A DNA stretch of 64,000 nt from Lachnospiraceae bacterium (GCA_009774215.1 VSNH01000002.1:7062-71061), one strand, 5' to 3'. Counted from the first letter of the stretch, positions 47,109-57,746 are shown. The notes: generated from the sequence alone by a model not told the origin. Translations and numbers: made by a program.

Positions 47109-47251
47109 AGGGTCTGCGTATGATTATATGATTTGCATAATAGTTATAAGATTATGTAAGTTTTGCAATTATCCATATACGCTATGAAAAAGGAGAGAAC
47201 AAAGAAAGAGAAAAGGGGAAAAAGGAAAGAGAAAAGAGAGTGAGGAGAGGC

Positions 47252-48202
47252 ATGAGCGAGGAAAAACAACTGGGAAAATATAGAATCATTAGGGAGCTGG
47301 GTCACGGCGGCGAGGGCAGCGTCTCTCTGGCAGAGGATGAAAGCCTTGGCAGGCTTGTGGCGGTGAAGCGGCTGCGGGAACAGGAAGAGAAGAAGGAGGA
47401 AAAGGAGAAGGAAAAGGAAAGGAGGGAACCGGAGAAAGAACCGGAGAAGAGGGAGGAGCCGAAACGAGGGGAACGCATCAGGGAGGAAGCCGCGTTTCTG
47501 CGGGACCTGCGGCATCCGATGCTGCCTGTGGTATATGAACTGCTCTGGGAGGAGGGGTGGTATCTGGTGATGGAGTATGTGGATGGAATAAGTTTACATA
47601 ACTACATAAGAAAGCAGGGGCGCGTGGAGGAAGCGCAGGCCCGGCTGTGGGCGGCGGCTCTGTTAGACGTTCTGGATTATCTCCACACGAGAGAAACACC
47701 TGTTATTTATCGAGACCTGAAGCCGGATAATATTATGGTATGTCGCGACGGCGGCCTGAAGCTGGTGGATTTCGGGGCGGCGGGGCTTCGCAGTTTCGGG
47801 GAAGGGAGCGGAATGCGGATGGCCTTTTCCGCCGGATTTGCCGCGCCGGAGCAGCGGGGAGAGGACGGGCGGGGCATCCGCGCGGATGAGCGCAGCGATT
47901 TATACGCGTTCGGAAAGACGCTCTACTATATGGTGACAGGGACGGTTCCGGGGAAGGGATCCGGCATGTCCTTTCCCGTGTCGTATTACAATCCGCTTTT
48001 GTCGGAAGAACTGGAGGAAATCATAGACCGCTGTACGAGGGAGGAGCCGGAGGCGCGCTATCAGGTGGCCGGAGAAGTGATGCGGGATCTGAGCCGGAAG
48101 GGCTGCAGGAGATCAGGAGGCCGCAGGGCAGGCGGAAGGAGGCGGGACTTTGTGCGGCATGTGGAAAAACAGATTTGTCTTACAGACTTTTATCGTTTAT
48201 AA
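47252..48202 (+). CDS. Hanks-type Ser/Thr kinase, cytoplasmic
   Basis: GHGGEG, VAVK, YRDLKPDN, DFG, APE, SDLYAFG. Confidence 0.92.
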   Translation: MSEEKQLGKYRIIRELGHGGEGSVSLAEDESLGRLVAVKRLREQEEKKEEKEKEKERREPEKEPEKREEPKRGERIREEAAFLRDLRHPMLPVVYELLWEEGWYLVMEYVDGISLHNYIRKQGRVEEAQARLWAAALLDVLDYLHTRETPVIYRDLKPDNIMVCRDGGLKLVDFGAAGLRSFGEGSGMRMAFSAGFAAPEQRGEDGRGIRADERSDLYAFGKTLYYMVTGTVPGKGSGMSFPVSYYNPLLSEELEEIIDRCTREEPEARYQVAGEVMRDLSRKGCRRSGGRRAGGRRRDFVRHVEKQICLTDFYRL

Positions 48203-48204
48203 TA

Positions 48205-48257
48205 AGGTGAGAAGTACTAAATCTCACCTAAGAGAATGCCTAAAAAGCGGCATTCCC
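48205..48257. repeat. Short copy of palindromic intergenic repeat family
   Basis: gtgagaagtactaaatctcac + gagaatgcc..ggcattc. Confidence 0.65.
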
Positions 48258-48314
48258 TGTGAGGATTTGGCATTGTACAAATAGTATAAATAGGATGAAT
48301 AGAACGAGAAAAGT

Positions 48315-49388
48315 ATGGAGGCAGACGTGGGAACACATAGAGAGCAGACGAAAGTAATAAACATTGGGGATCGGAAGATCGGCGGGGGGAATCCGATTCT
48401 GATTCAGTCCATGACGAATACGCCCACGGAGGACGTGGAGGCGACGGTGGCTCAGATTCTGCGGCTGGAGCAGGCGGGCTGCGAGATTATCAGGTGCACG
48501 GTGCCAAACGCGGAGGCGGCTTTGGCGCTTGCGAAAATCAAGGAACGGATTCATATTCCGCTGGTGGCGGACATTCATTTTGATTATAAAATGGCGATCG
48601 CGGCGATGGAGAACGGCGCGGACAAAATTCGCATCAACCCGGGCAACATCGGCGGGAAGGACAAGGTGGCTGCAGTCGTGGAGGCGGCCAAAGAGCGGCA
48701 TATCCCGATCCGCGTGGGGGTTAACAGCGGCTCTCTGGAGCGGGAGCTTGTGGAGAAATACCGCGGCGTGACAGCGGAGGGTATCGTGGAGAGCGCGCTT
48801 GACAAGGTGGGCATCATCGAGGATTGTGGATATGACAACCTTGTCATAAGTATCAAGTCGTCGGATGTAATGATGTGCGTCAAGGCCCATGAGCTTTTGG
48901 CGGCAAAGACGAACTATCCCCTGCATGTGGGGATTACCGAATCGGGAACAGTGACAAGCGGCAATATCAAGTCTGCCGTGGGACTGGGCATCATTTTAAA
49001 TCAGGGCATCGGCGACACGATCCGGGTGTCGCTGACGGGCGATCCGGTGGAAGAGATCAAATCCGCAAGGCTGATTCTCAAAACGCTGGGCCTCAGAAAA
49101 GGCGGCATCGAGGTCGTGTCCTGTCCTACCTGCGGCAGAACGAAGATTGATCTGATCGGACTTGCAGGGCAGGTGGAGGAGATGGTGCAGGATATCCCGC
49201 TTGACATTAAGGTGGCCGTTATGGGCTGCGCGGTGAACGGTCCCGGGGAGGCGAAGGAGGCCGATATCGGCATTGCGGGCGGTATCGGGGAAGGTCTTTT
49301 GATCAAAAAGGGTGAGATTGTGAGAAAAGTGCCCGAGCAGGAGCTTTTGGACACGCTGCGGGAGGAGCTTTTGCACTGGAATGAGTAA
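48315..49388 (+). CDS. ispG: HMBPP synthase
   Basis: QSMTNT, ADIHF, RINPGN, CPTCGR, MGCAVNGPGE. Confidence 0.97.
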   Translation: MEADVGTHREQTKVINIGDRKIGGGNPILIQSMTNTPTEDVEATVAQILRLEQAGCEIIRCTVPNAEAALALAKIKERIHIPLVADIHFDYKMAIAAMENGADKIRINPGNIGGKDKVAAVVEAAKERHIPIRVGVNSGSLERELVEKYRGVTAEGIVESALDKVGIIEDCGYDNLVISIKSSDVMMCVKAHELLAAKTNYPLHVGITESGTVTSGNIKSAVGLGIILNQGIGDTIRVSLTGDPVEEIKSARLILKTLGLRKGGIEVVSCPTCGRTKIDLIGLAGQVEEMVQDIPLDIKVAVMGCAVNGPGEAKEADIGIAGGIGEGLLIKKGEIVRKVPEQELLDTLREELLHWNE

Positions 49389-52300
49389 GGCATTTTTCGA
49401 GGTATTTCCTACGTTAAAACTGGATACGGGACTGCAGGATCTGTTTGAGGGCGTTGCTGTGGAGAAGGTCACCAGCACCAAACGGAAGGACTTTCTGCGC
49501 GTTTACATCGCTTCCGACCACCTGATTCATAAAGAAGATGTGTTTCGGGTGGAGCGGGAGATCGGAAAGCAGTTTTTCCCGAATATGCCCATTGTCGTTA
49601 AGTTTTATGAACAATTTACGCTCTCTTCGCAGTATGACCCGGAGAAACTGATGGACGCATACAGGGAGAGCATTCTGCTGGAGCTGAAAGAGACGTCCCC
49701 CGTTGAGTACAGCCTGTTTAAGCGGGCGGATATTGCCTTTTCACAGGACAAGCTGCTGCTGACGCTGGAGGACACGGTGTTTGGCAGAGAAAAAGGCGGA
49801 GAGCTTGCAAGGATTCTGGAAAAAATATATAACGAGCGTTGTGCGATTCCCGTACAGGTAGAGCTTGCCTACAAGGAGAAGGCGGCGGGCAGAAACCGTG
49901 AGGAGGAGGAACAACGTCTGGCAATACAGGTGGCGGAGATTTCGGCGAGAGCGGGTTTCGCCGTGCAGATGAAGGGCGCCGGGCTGTCTGCGGGCGACCC
50001 GATCGGGGGTGCGGGGCGATCTGAGAGCGCAGGGCAGTCCGGAGGCGCGGGACAACCCGAGGGCGTGGGACAATCTGAAAGCGCAGGGCAGTCCGGGGGC
50101 GCGGGTCAGTCGGCTGCACCCGGGGTTTCTGCCTATGGGACTTTGTCGGGCAGCCGCGGGGGCGCTTCCCCGTCCAAGAAGTTTTCCGGCGGCAGGGACA
50201 GAGAGAAGGGTGACTTTAAGCGTCCACTGAAACGCTCCGACAATCCTGATGTGATTTACGGCAGGGATTTTGAGGAGGAGGCTATGCCCATCGAGGACAT
50301 TATCGGTGAGATGGGCGAAGTGGTGATCCGCGGCAAGGTGATCCGGAAGGATAAGCGGGAGATCAAGAACGAGCGGTCTATACTGATCTACGATATCACG
50401 GATTATACGGACACCATGACGGTAAAGTTTTTCGTGAGAAATGAGCAGGTCAATGAAATAACGGATGTTATGAAAGAGGGGACGTTTGTCAAACTCAAGG
50501 GTATGACCACGGTCGATAAGTTTGACCATGAGCTGACTATCGGTTCCCTTGCGGGCATTAAGAAAATCCCTGACTTTACGACTTCCCGCGAGGACAGGAG
50601 CGTCAGAAAACGGGTGGAGCTTCACTGCCATACGAAGATGAGCGATATGGACGGCGTTTCCGAGGCGAAGGATATCGTGAAGCGCGCCTATAAGTGGGGG
50701 CATCCGGCGATTGCCATCACCGATCACGGGGTCGTGCAGTCTTTTCCCGATGCGAACCACGTGTGGGAGGATCTGTGGAAGGCGGAGAAGGGCCGCTGTA
50801 AGGAGGCGGGAGAGCCGGAACCGGACAAGCAGGGATTTTTCAAAGTCATTTACGGTGTGGAAGCCTATCTGGTGGATGATCTGCATGAGATAGCCACCAA
50901 TGAGAAAGGACAGGATTTCGGGGCGGATTTTGTTGTATTCGATATCGAGACGACCGGTTTTTCCCCTACAAAAAACCGCATTATTGAGATCGGCGCGGTA
51001 AAGGTCAGCGGCGGTAAGATTGTGGATCGTTTCTCCACCTTTGTGGATCCGCTTGTGCCGATTCCCTTTGAGATCGAGAAGCTGACAGGAATAACAGATG
51101 ATATGGTAATGGGTGCGGAGCAGATTGACACGGTGCTGCCGCAGTTTCTTGACTTTTGCGGCGACTGTATTCTGGTGGCGCACAACGCCCAGTTCGATAT
51201 GAGCTTTATCATGGAAAACTGCGACAGGCAGGGCATTTCTCATAACTTTACTTACGTGGACACGGTGGGGATTGCGAGGATCCTTCTTCCCGGGCAGAAA
51301 AAGCACACGCTGGACGCGGTGGCGAAAGCCCTCGGCGTGTCGCTGGAGAACCACCACCGGGCGGTGGACGACGCGGAAGCCACGGCGGAAATTTTCGTGA
51401 AGCTGATTCCCATGATGGCGAAGGAGGGGATCCATACGCTTGCACAGATGAATGCGAGGGGGAAGGCAAGTCCCGATATTATCAAAAAGCTGCCGACCTA
51501 CCACGCGATCATTCTGGCGAAGAACAATGTGGGACGCATGAATCTTTACCGGCTGGTGTCCGAGTCCCATCTGACCTATTTTTCGCGAAGGCCGCGGATT
51601 CCGAAGAGCCTGCTTGCGCAGTACCGGGAGGGGCTGATTCTGGGGAGTGCCTGCGAGGCGGGTGAACTTTACCGGGCGCTTTTGGAGAAAAAGTCAGACG
51701 CGGAGATCGCGAGACTGGTGAATTTTTATGACTATCTGGAAATACAGCCGCTGGGCAACAACCGCTTTATGATTGAGTCGGATCGCGCGCCGGATATCAA
51801 CTCCATGGAGGATATCATGGAGGTTAACAGGCAGATTGTGCGGCTGGGAGAGCAGTTTCACAAACCGGTTGTCGCTACCTGCGACGTGCATTTTCTGAAT
51901 CCCGAGGATGAGATCTACCGGCGCATCATCATGGCGGGGCAGGGCTTCCCGGACGCGGACAATCAGGCGCCTCTGTATTTGCGCACGACGGAGGAAATGC
52001 TTGACGAGTTTGCCTATCTTGGCAGCGACAAGGCGGAGGAGGTGGTAATCACCAACACCAATCTGATTGCGGATATGATCGAGGTCATGTCCCCGGTGCG
52101 GCCTGACAAGTGTCCGCCGGTCATAGCGGACAGCGACAAGCAGCTCACGGATATCTGCTACAACAGGGCGCACGAGCTGTACGGGGAGACGCTGCCTAAG
52201 ATCGTGGAGGACAGGCTGGAGAAGGAGCTGCACTCCATCATCTCTAACGGATTTGCGGTGATGTATATCATTGCGCAGAAATTGGTGTGGAAATCCGTGG

Positions 52301-54006
52301 AGGACGGCTATCTGGTGGGCTCCCGGGGGTCTGTCGGAAGTTCCTTTGTGGCGAATATGGCGGGAATCACGGAGGTAAACTCCTTAAGCCCCCATTATCT
52401 GTGTCCGAAGTGCCACTATTATGACTTTGACTCTGATGAAGTGAAAGCTTACGGCGGCGGCGCGGGGTGCGACATGCCTGACAAGAACTGTCCGGTCTGC
52501 GGAACGTCGCTTAACAAGGAAGGGTTTGACATTCCCTTTGAAACGTTCCTTGGCTTTAAGGGAGATAAGGAGCCGGATATCGACCTGAACTTTTCGGGAG
52601 AGTACCAGAGTAAGGCGCACAAATATACGGAAGTGATTTTTGGCAGCGGGCAGACTTACCGGGCGGGAACCATTGGCACGCTGGCGGACAAGACGGCTTT
52701 CGGGTATGTGAAAAATTATTTCGAGGAGCGGGGCAGTCATAAGCGGGTCTGCGAGATTAACCGCATTGTGACAGGCTGTACCGGCATCCGCAGGAGCACC
52801 GGGCAGCATCCCGGCGGTATTGTGGTTCTGCCTGTGGGGGAGGACATCAACTCCTTTACCCCGGTACAACATCCGGCCAACGATATGACGACGGACATCG
52901 TCACCACCCATTTTGACTATCACTCCATCGACCACAACCTGTTAAAACTCGATATTCTGGGGCATGATGATCCGACCATGATCCGTATGCTGCAGGATCT
53001 GACGGGGATTGACCCGACGACGATTCCGCTGGACGACAAGGGGGTCATGTCGCTTTTTCAATCCACAGAGGCGCTTGGCATCACGCCGGAACAGATCGGC
53101 GGCTGTAAGCTTGGGTGTCTCGGCATACCGGAGTTTGGCACGGAGTTTGTTATCCAGATGGTAATCGACGCCAAACCCAAATGTTTCACGGATCTGGTGC
53201 GTATTTCCGGGCTTTCTCACGGCACGGACGTGTGGCTCGGCAATGCCCAGACGCTGATCGAGGAGGGGCTGGCGACGATCTCCACGGCGATCTGCTGTCG
53301 TGACGACATTATGATTTACCTGATGCAGCAGGGGGTGGAGCCGTCTTTATCCTTCACCATCATGGAGAGCGTGCGAAAAGGCAAGGGCTTGAAGGACGAA
53401 TGGATTGAGGCGATGAAAGCGCAGGGGGTGCCGGACTGGTATATCGGCTCCTGCAAGAAGATCAAGTACATGTTCCCCAAGGCCCATGCGGCGGCCTATG
53501 TTATGATGGCGTGGCGCATTGCCTACTGTAAGATCAATTATCCGCTCGCCTATTACGCGGCATATTTCAGTATTCGCGCGTCGGCGTTTTCCTATGAGAT
53601 CATGTGTCAGGGGCAGGCTCATCTGGAGCACGTGATGGAGGATTACAGGCGCAGGAGCGACGAGCTTTCCAAGAAGGAGCAGGATACGCAGAAGGATATG
53701 AAGATCGTGCAGGAGATGTATGCGAGAGGCTTTGATTTTGTGCCGATTGATATCTTTACGGCGCAGTCGAGGCTGTTCCAGATCGTGGACGGAAAGTTGA
53801 TGCCGTCCTTAAACAGCATCGACGGTCTGGGGGAGAAGGCGGCGGACGCCATCGTGGAGGCGGCAAAGGACGGACCGTTTTTGAGCAAGGATGATTTCTG
53901 GGAGCGGACGAGGGTTTCCAAATCGGTAACGGATTTGATGAGCCGGCTCGGACTGCTTGGGAATATCCCCGAGTCCAACCAGATTAGTATATTTGACCTG
54001 GTATAA
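49381..54006 (+). CDS. polC: DNA polymerase III PolC-type
   Basis: ELHCHTKMS PHP, DIETTG exonuclease, GSRGSVGSS, PDIDLNFSG. Confidence 0.97.
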   Translation: MSKAFFEVFPTLKLDTGLQDLFEGVAVEKVTSTKRKDFLRVYIASDHLIHKEDVFRVEREIGKQFFPNMPIVVKFYEQFTLSSQYDPEKLMDAYRESILLELKETSPVEYSLFKRADIAFSQDKLLLTLEDTVFGREKGGELARILEKIYNERCAIPVQVELAYKEKAAGRNREEEEQRLAIQVAEISARAGFAVQMKGAGLSAGDPIGGAGRSESAGQSGGAGQPEGVGQSESAGQSGGAGQSAAPGVSAYGTLSGSRGGASPSKKFSGGRDREKGDFKRPLKRSDNPDVIYGRDFEEEAMPIEDIIGEMGEVVIRGKVIRKDKREIKNERSILIYDITDYTDTMTVKFFVRNEQVNEITDVMKEGTFVKLKGMTTVDKFDHELTIGSLAGIKKIPDFTTSREDRSVRKRVELHCHTKMSDMDGVSEAKDIVKRAYKWGHPAIAITDHGVVQSFPDANHVWEDLWKAEKGRCKEAGEPEPDKQGFFKVIYGVEAYLVDDLHEIATNEKGQDFGADFVVFDIETTGFSPTKNRIIEIGAVKVSGGKIVDRFSTFVDPLVPIPFEIEKLTGITDDMVMGAEQIDTVLPQFLDFCGDCILVAHNAQFDMSFIMENCDRQGISHNFTYVDTVGIARILLPGQKKHTLDAVAKALGVSLENHHRAVDDAEATAEIFVKLIPMMAKEGIHTLAQMNARGKASPDIIKKLPTYHAIILAKNNVGRMNLYRLVSESHLTYFSRRPRIPKSLLAQYREGLILGSACEAGELYRALLEKKSDAEIARLVNFYDYLEIQPLGNNRFMIESDRAPDINSMEDIMEVNRQIVRLGEQFHKPVVATCDVHFLNPEDEIYRRIIMAGQGFPDADNQAPLYLRTTEEMLDEFAYLGSDKAEEVVITNTNLIADMIEVMSPVRPDKCPPVIADSDKQLTDICYNRAHELYGETLPKIVEDRLEKELHSIISNGFAVMYIIAQKLVWKSVEDGYLVGSRGSVGSSFVANMAGITEVNSLSPHYLCPKCHYYDFDSDEVKAYGGGAGCDMPDKNCPVCGTSLNKEGFDIPFETFLGFKGDKEPDIDLNFSGEYQSKAHKYTEVIFGSGQTYRAGTIGTLADKTAFGYVKNYFEERGSHKRVCEINRIVTGCTGIRRSTGQHPGGIVVLPVGEDINSFTPVQHPANDMTTDIVTTHFDYHSIDHNLLKLDILGHDDPTMIRMLQDLTGIDPTTIPLDDKGVMSLFQSTEALGITPEQIGGCKLGCLGIPEFGTEFVIQMVIDAKPKCFTDLVRISGLSHGTDVWLGNAQTLIEEGLATISTAICCRDDIMIYLMQQGVEPSLSFTIMESVRKGKGLKDEWIEAMKAQGVPDWYIGSCKKIKYMFPKAHAAAYVMMAWRIAYCKINYPLAYYAAYFSIRASAFSYEIMCQGQAHLEHVMEDYRRRSDELSKKEQDTQKDMKIVQEMYARGFDFVPIDIFTAQSRLFQIVDGKLMPSLNSIDGLGEKAADAIVEAAKDGPFLSKDDFWERTRVSKSVTDLMSRLGLLGNIPESNQISIFDLV

Positions 54007-54208
54007 CAGTTCAATCAGAGCGAATCTGCCGGGCAAACCGTGCTTGCACGAGTTTGACAGGCAGATGATGCTCTGAGGGAGCGCCCGCTCATGAGCAGCG
54101 AGGAGCGCTGAAAGCGCGTTTTTGCGAATGGCGTGGGTTGAACCGATTGAGCAAAGCGCAATCACGAGGACTGCTTTGCAGCCTTGGAAAAACTATGGAG
54201 GAAAAAGT

Positions 54209-54799
54209 ATGAGAAAAATCGTTACGATCGGGAGAGAGTTCGGCGCGGGCGGCGGTGAGATCGGCAGGAGGGTGGCAAAGGAGCTGGGTATCGAGTATTA
54301 CGACAAGGATATCATTTTAAAGACCGCCGTTTCCGGGAAAAGCCTGACGCCCGAGCAGGTGCGCAGGTGGGACGAGCGGGTGCCGAAAAATTTCGGCTTT
54401 GCCCAGAGCCTGTTTGATTTCTACAATAAGCCGCTGGAGGAGGAGCTGTGGCAGGCGCAGCGGGATGCCATCAGGGAACTGGCCAACAAAGAGAGCTGTG
54501 TGATCGTCGGGCGAAACGGCGATTATATCCTGCGGGAGTTTGACCACTGTCTGAATGTGTTTGTCCACGCCGGGTTTGACTGGCGGGTGAGGCGTATGAC
54601 GAAGATGATGGATCAGGTGCCTGCGGATCAGGTAGCCAATGACGTGCGGGCGGTAGACAAGGCGAGAAAACGCTACTGCGAGTATTATACGAAGCAGGCT
54701 TACGGCGACGTGAGAAACTTTGACCTGACGGTCAACACGGAGAAGCTGGGTATTGAGAAGGCTGTGGAGATGATTCTTGCCGCGGCGGCGGACTTATAA
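54209..54799 (+). CDS. Cytidylate kinase-like family protein
   Basis: IGREFGAGG, VIVGRNGDYIL. Confidence 0.85.
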   Translation: MRKIVTIGREFGAGGGEIGRRVAKELGIEYYDKDIILKTAVSGKSLTPEQVRRWDERVPKNFGFAQSLFDFYNKPLEEELWQAQRDAIRELANKESCVIVGRNGDYILREFDHCLNVFVHAGFDWRVRRMTKMMDQVPADQVANDVRAVDKARKRYCEYYTKQAYGDVRNFDLTVNTEKLGIEKAVEMILAAAADL

Positions 54800-54946
54800 G
54801 AACATTACAACACACACGCACGTCAGTTTTTGCATCAATTTACGATTATTCCGTGTGAATTGCAGCAAGGAATGCACTGGCGCTGGCTCCGACGCCATAC
54901 AGCATGTGCATGGCGCGGATGTGAAAAGTAATGCAAGAACGAACAT

Positions 54947-55000
54947 ACTTGTATATTTGTATACAAAGTTCTTGACAAGGAATGGAAAAGTTCATATACT
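54947..55000 (+). promoter_or_regulatory. Sigma-A promoter (TTGACA-17-TATACT) preceded by TTGTATACAA palindrome (GntR-type operator candidate)
   Basis: ttgtatacaa 54957-54966; ttgaca 54972; tatact 54995. Confidence 0.65.
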
Positions 55001-55128
55001 TAAGAAAGCGGGAAAAGACGGTGTCGATGCCAACAGTACACCGTTTTTCTTGTTAATAAAGTATTGAGCGGTTCCTGCGGGTATGCCTGACGGCAGACTC
55101 GGCATGACGCTTCGGAATGGAGGAAAGT

Positions 55129-55887
55129 ATGAAAAAATTACTGGCAATGGTTTTGGTTGGATGCATGGCTCTTGGTGTGACGGCGTGCGGCGGCAGCGCG
55201 AAGAGTGACAAGGTGTGGGTTGTGGCGACGGACACGGTGTTCCGTCCCTTTGAGTTCACCAATGAGAATGGTGATTTTGTGGGTATCGACGTGGATGTGC
55301 TGGCGGCGATTGCGGAGGATCAGGGATTCAAATATGAGCTGAAGAGCCTTGGCTGGGATGCCGGTGTGGCAGCGGTGCAGGCAGGTCAGGCGGACGCGCT
55401 GATCGCAGGCGCTACCATCAAGCAGGAGCGTATCGATTCCGGCTGGATTTTCTCCGACGGTTACTATGACGCGACACAGACCTTTGTCGTTGCGGAAGGC
55501 AGCACGATTGCGAGCTTTGAAGATCTTGCGGGCAAGAACGTGGCGGTAAAGAACGGCACGGCGGGCATGGACTTTGCGGAGAGCTTAAAGGATCAGTACG
55601 GTTTCACCACCACAGTATTCGAGGATTCGCCGACCATGTATCAGGACGTGATCTTGGGAAACTCTGCAGCTTGTGTGGAGGATACGCCGATCATGGCTGA
55701 CTCCATCAAGACGGGCGGTCTTGCGCTGACGATTCCTGAGGGCATGGAGAGCGACGGCGCGCCTTACGGCTTTGCCATTATGAACGCTGAGAATCAAGAA
55801 CTCCTCGACATGTTCAACGCGGGTCTGAAAAACATTAAGGCGAATGGCAAGTACGACGAGATCATAGCAAAATACTTGGAGAAATAG
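55129..55887 (+). CDS. Amino-acid ABC transporter substrate-binding lipoprotein
   Basis: Lipobox VTAC; PFEF..GIDVD; family-3 SBP. Confidence 0.92.
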   Translation: MKKLLAMVLVGCMALGVTACGGSAKSDKVWVVATDTVFRPFEFTNENGDFVGIDVDVLAAIAEDQGFKYELKSLGWDAGVAAVQAGQADALIAGATIKQERIDSGWIFSDGYYDATQTFVVAEGSTIASFEDLAGKNVAVKNGTAGMDFAESLKDQYGFTTTVFEDSPTMYQDVILGNSAACVEDTPIMADSIKTGGLALTIPEGMESDGAPYGFAIMNAENQELLDMFNAGLKNIKANGKYDEIIAKYLEK

Positions 55888-55889
55888 CA

Positions 55890-55986
55890 GTGTGAAAAGT
55901 GCTTCTAAAGTCCTTCCGCCATAGGGCGGAACGACAAGAAGCACTAAGCTTCACACGAGAGAATGCCTGAGAAACGGACATTCTCT
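55890..55986. repeat. Nested palindromic intergenic repeat
   Basis: gtgtgaa-agtgcttct..agaagcact-ttcacac then gagaatg..cattctc. Confidence 0.75.
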
Positions 55987-56007
55987 GCATAAAGGGAGAA
56001 GAGTTTT

Positions 56008-56676
56008 ATGGTAATGATAATTCAGACATATGGGACAATGCTTTTGAAGGCGATGGGGCACACACTTCTGCTGTGCCTGCTTTCCCTGGTGTTTGCCTCT
56101 GTGATCGGTATGATTTTCGGGCTGATGAATGTGGGGCACAACAGGCTGCTTAACTGTATCGGTACGGTTTATGTGGATGCGGTGCGCGGTGTGCCGCTCA
56201 TCGTGCTTGCCTATTTTATCTACTTCGGCATTCCGGCGGGCATTCAGAGTCTTGGGTTTACAAACTTTAAAATGGATGCCCTGCAGGCGGGGACGATCGC
56301 CCTTTCCATGAACTGCGGCGCGTATATGGCGGAGATCGTCAGGGCGGGCATTCAGAGTGTGGACAGAGGGCAGATGGAGGCGGGCAGAAGCCTTGGGCTC
56401 TCCTACGGTGCGGGGATGGCGCTGATTGTGGTGCCGCAGGCGGTGCGTACGATGATCCCGTCGATCATCAACCAGTTTATCATTACCTTGAAAGATACGT
56501 CGATCCTTTCTGTGATCGGATTCCCGGAACTTACGAACGTAGGTAAGACCATCATGGGCAATACGTTCAAGAATTTGCAGGCATGGGCGATTGTCGGCAT
56601 TATGTATCTGATTGTCATTACCATTCTGAGTAAGGTTTCCAAACAGATTGAGAGGAGGATCAACCGTGGCAGGTAA
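56008..56676 (+). CDS. Amino-acid ABC permease
   Basis: [26 protein letters not shown]. Confidence 0.93.
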   Translation: MVMIIQTYGTMLLKAMGHTLLLCLLSLVFASVIGMIFGLMNVGHNRLLNCIGTVYVDAVRGVPLIVLAYFIYFGIPAGIQSLGFTNFKMDALQAGTIALSMNCGAYMAEIVRAGIQSVDRGQMEAGRSLGLSYGAGMALIVVPQAVRTMIPSIINQFIITLKDTSILSVIGFPELTNVGKTIMGNTFKNLQAWAIVGIMYLIVITILSKVSKQIERRINRGR

Positions 56677-57409
56677 TACCGATGTCAAGATTTCTGTGAA
56701 GAATTTAAAGAAGAATTTCGGTTCTCTGGAAGTGCTTAAGGACATCAGCCTGGAGGTGACCGAGGGCGAGGTGGTTGTGCTGATCGGTCCCTCCGGCAGC
56801 GGAAAGTCCACCCTTCTTAGGTGTCTCAATCAGCTGGAGAAAGCAACGTCCGGGCAGATTGTGATTGACGGCTTCGACGTGACAGATAAACACACGGATA
56901 TCAATAAGGTGCGTGAGAACATCGGCATGGTGTTTCAGCATTTTAATCTGTTTAACCATCTGAATGTCTTAAAGAACATGACGCTGGCGCCGGTTCACTT
57001 GAAGACGCTCTCCAAAGAGGATGCGAATAACAAGGCGATGCAGCTTTTGGAGCGGGTAGGGCTGTCCGATAAGGCGGGCGCCTATCCCAGCCAGCTTTCC
57101 GGCGGACAGAAGCAGCGCGTGGCGATTGCGCGTGCACTGGAAATGAATCCCGATATCATGCTTTTTGACGAGCCGACAAGCGCCCTTGACCCGGAAATGG
57201 TGGGAGAGGTGCTGGCCGTGATGAAGGAACTGGCGAGGGACGGCATGACGATGATTGTGGTTACTCATGAGATCGGGTTCGCGAGAGAGGTGGCAAGCCG
57301 CGTGATCTTTATGGAGGGCGGTTATATCGTTGAGGAGGGAACGCCGGAGGAAGTGCTGGATCATCCGAAGGAGCCGAGAACGATTGACTTTTTGAGTAAG
57401 GTGCTGTAG
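56666..57409 (+). CDS. Amino-acid ABC ATPase (GlnQ-like)
   Basis: [28 protein letters not shown]. Confidence 0.95.
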   Translation: MAGNTDVKISVKNLKKNFGSLEVLKDISLEVTEGEVVVLIGPSGSGKSTLLRCLNQLEKATSGQIVIDGFDVTDKHTDINKVRENIGMVFQHFNLFNHLNVLKNMTLAPVHLKTLSKEDANNKAMQLLERVGLSDKAGAYPSQLSGGQKQRVAIARALEMNPDIMLFDEPTSALDPEMVGEVLAVMKELARDGMTMIVVTHEIGFAREVASRVIFMEGGYIVEEGTPEEVLDHPKEPRTIDFLSKVL

Positions 57410-57503
57410 TGTGAGAAGTACTTCTAGTCACTCGCAGCAAGGGCTGCTTCGTGAAGAAGTACTATGTCTCACACAGGAGAATGCCTGAAATACGGCATTC
57501 TCC
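57409..57503. repeat. Nested palindromic intergenic repeat
   Basis: gtgtgaga-agtacttct..agaagtact-tctcacac then ggagaatgcc..ggcattctcc. Confidence 0.75.
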
Positions 57504-57674
57504 GCGTTGATTTGAGTCACAGCAGGGCTGTGACATGGCGGTTAGCGCAAGAAAGCGGTTTTTATGCGGCTTTGGGAGAATGTAGAGAAAAAATAAGATT
57601 TTTTTAAAGAAAATTGAAAAAAGGGCTTGCATTCTTTCCAAAAATATAATAAGATAAGCAAGTGTCAAACAGAT

Positions 57675-57746
57675 GGCTCGTTGGTCAAGCGGTTAAGACG
57701 CCGCCCTCTCACGGCGGAAACAGGGGTTCGATTCCCCTACGAGCTG
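57675..57746 (+). tRNA. tRNA-Glu (CTC)
   Basis: Acceptor ggctcgt/acgagct, anticodon arm ccgcc-ctCTCac-ggcgg, T-loop ttcgatt. Confidence 0.95.

Noticed and set aside
49741..51570. 609-aa antisense ORF within polC (and similar long antisense ORFs at 10811, 43709, 62455)
   Set aside because: Shadow frames of GC-rich coding genes, no recognisable motifs
49381..54006. Intein in PolC
   Set aside because: Extra length is explained by a low-complexity linker; no intein terminal motifs seen
55003..55052. Riboswitch or T-box upstream of the amino-acid ABC operon
   Set aside because: One hairpin only; leader is short and lacks a T-box motif or an aptamer I can recognise
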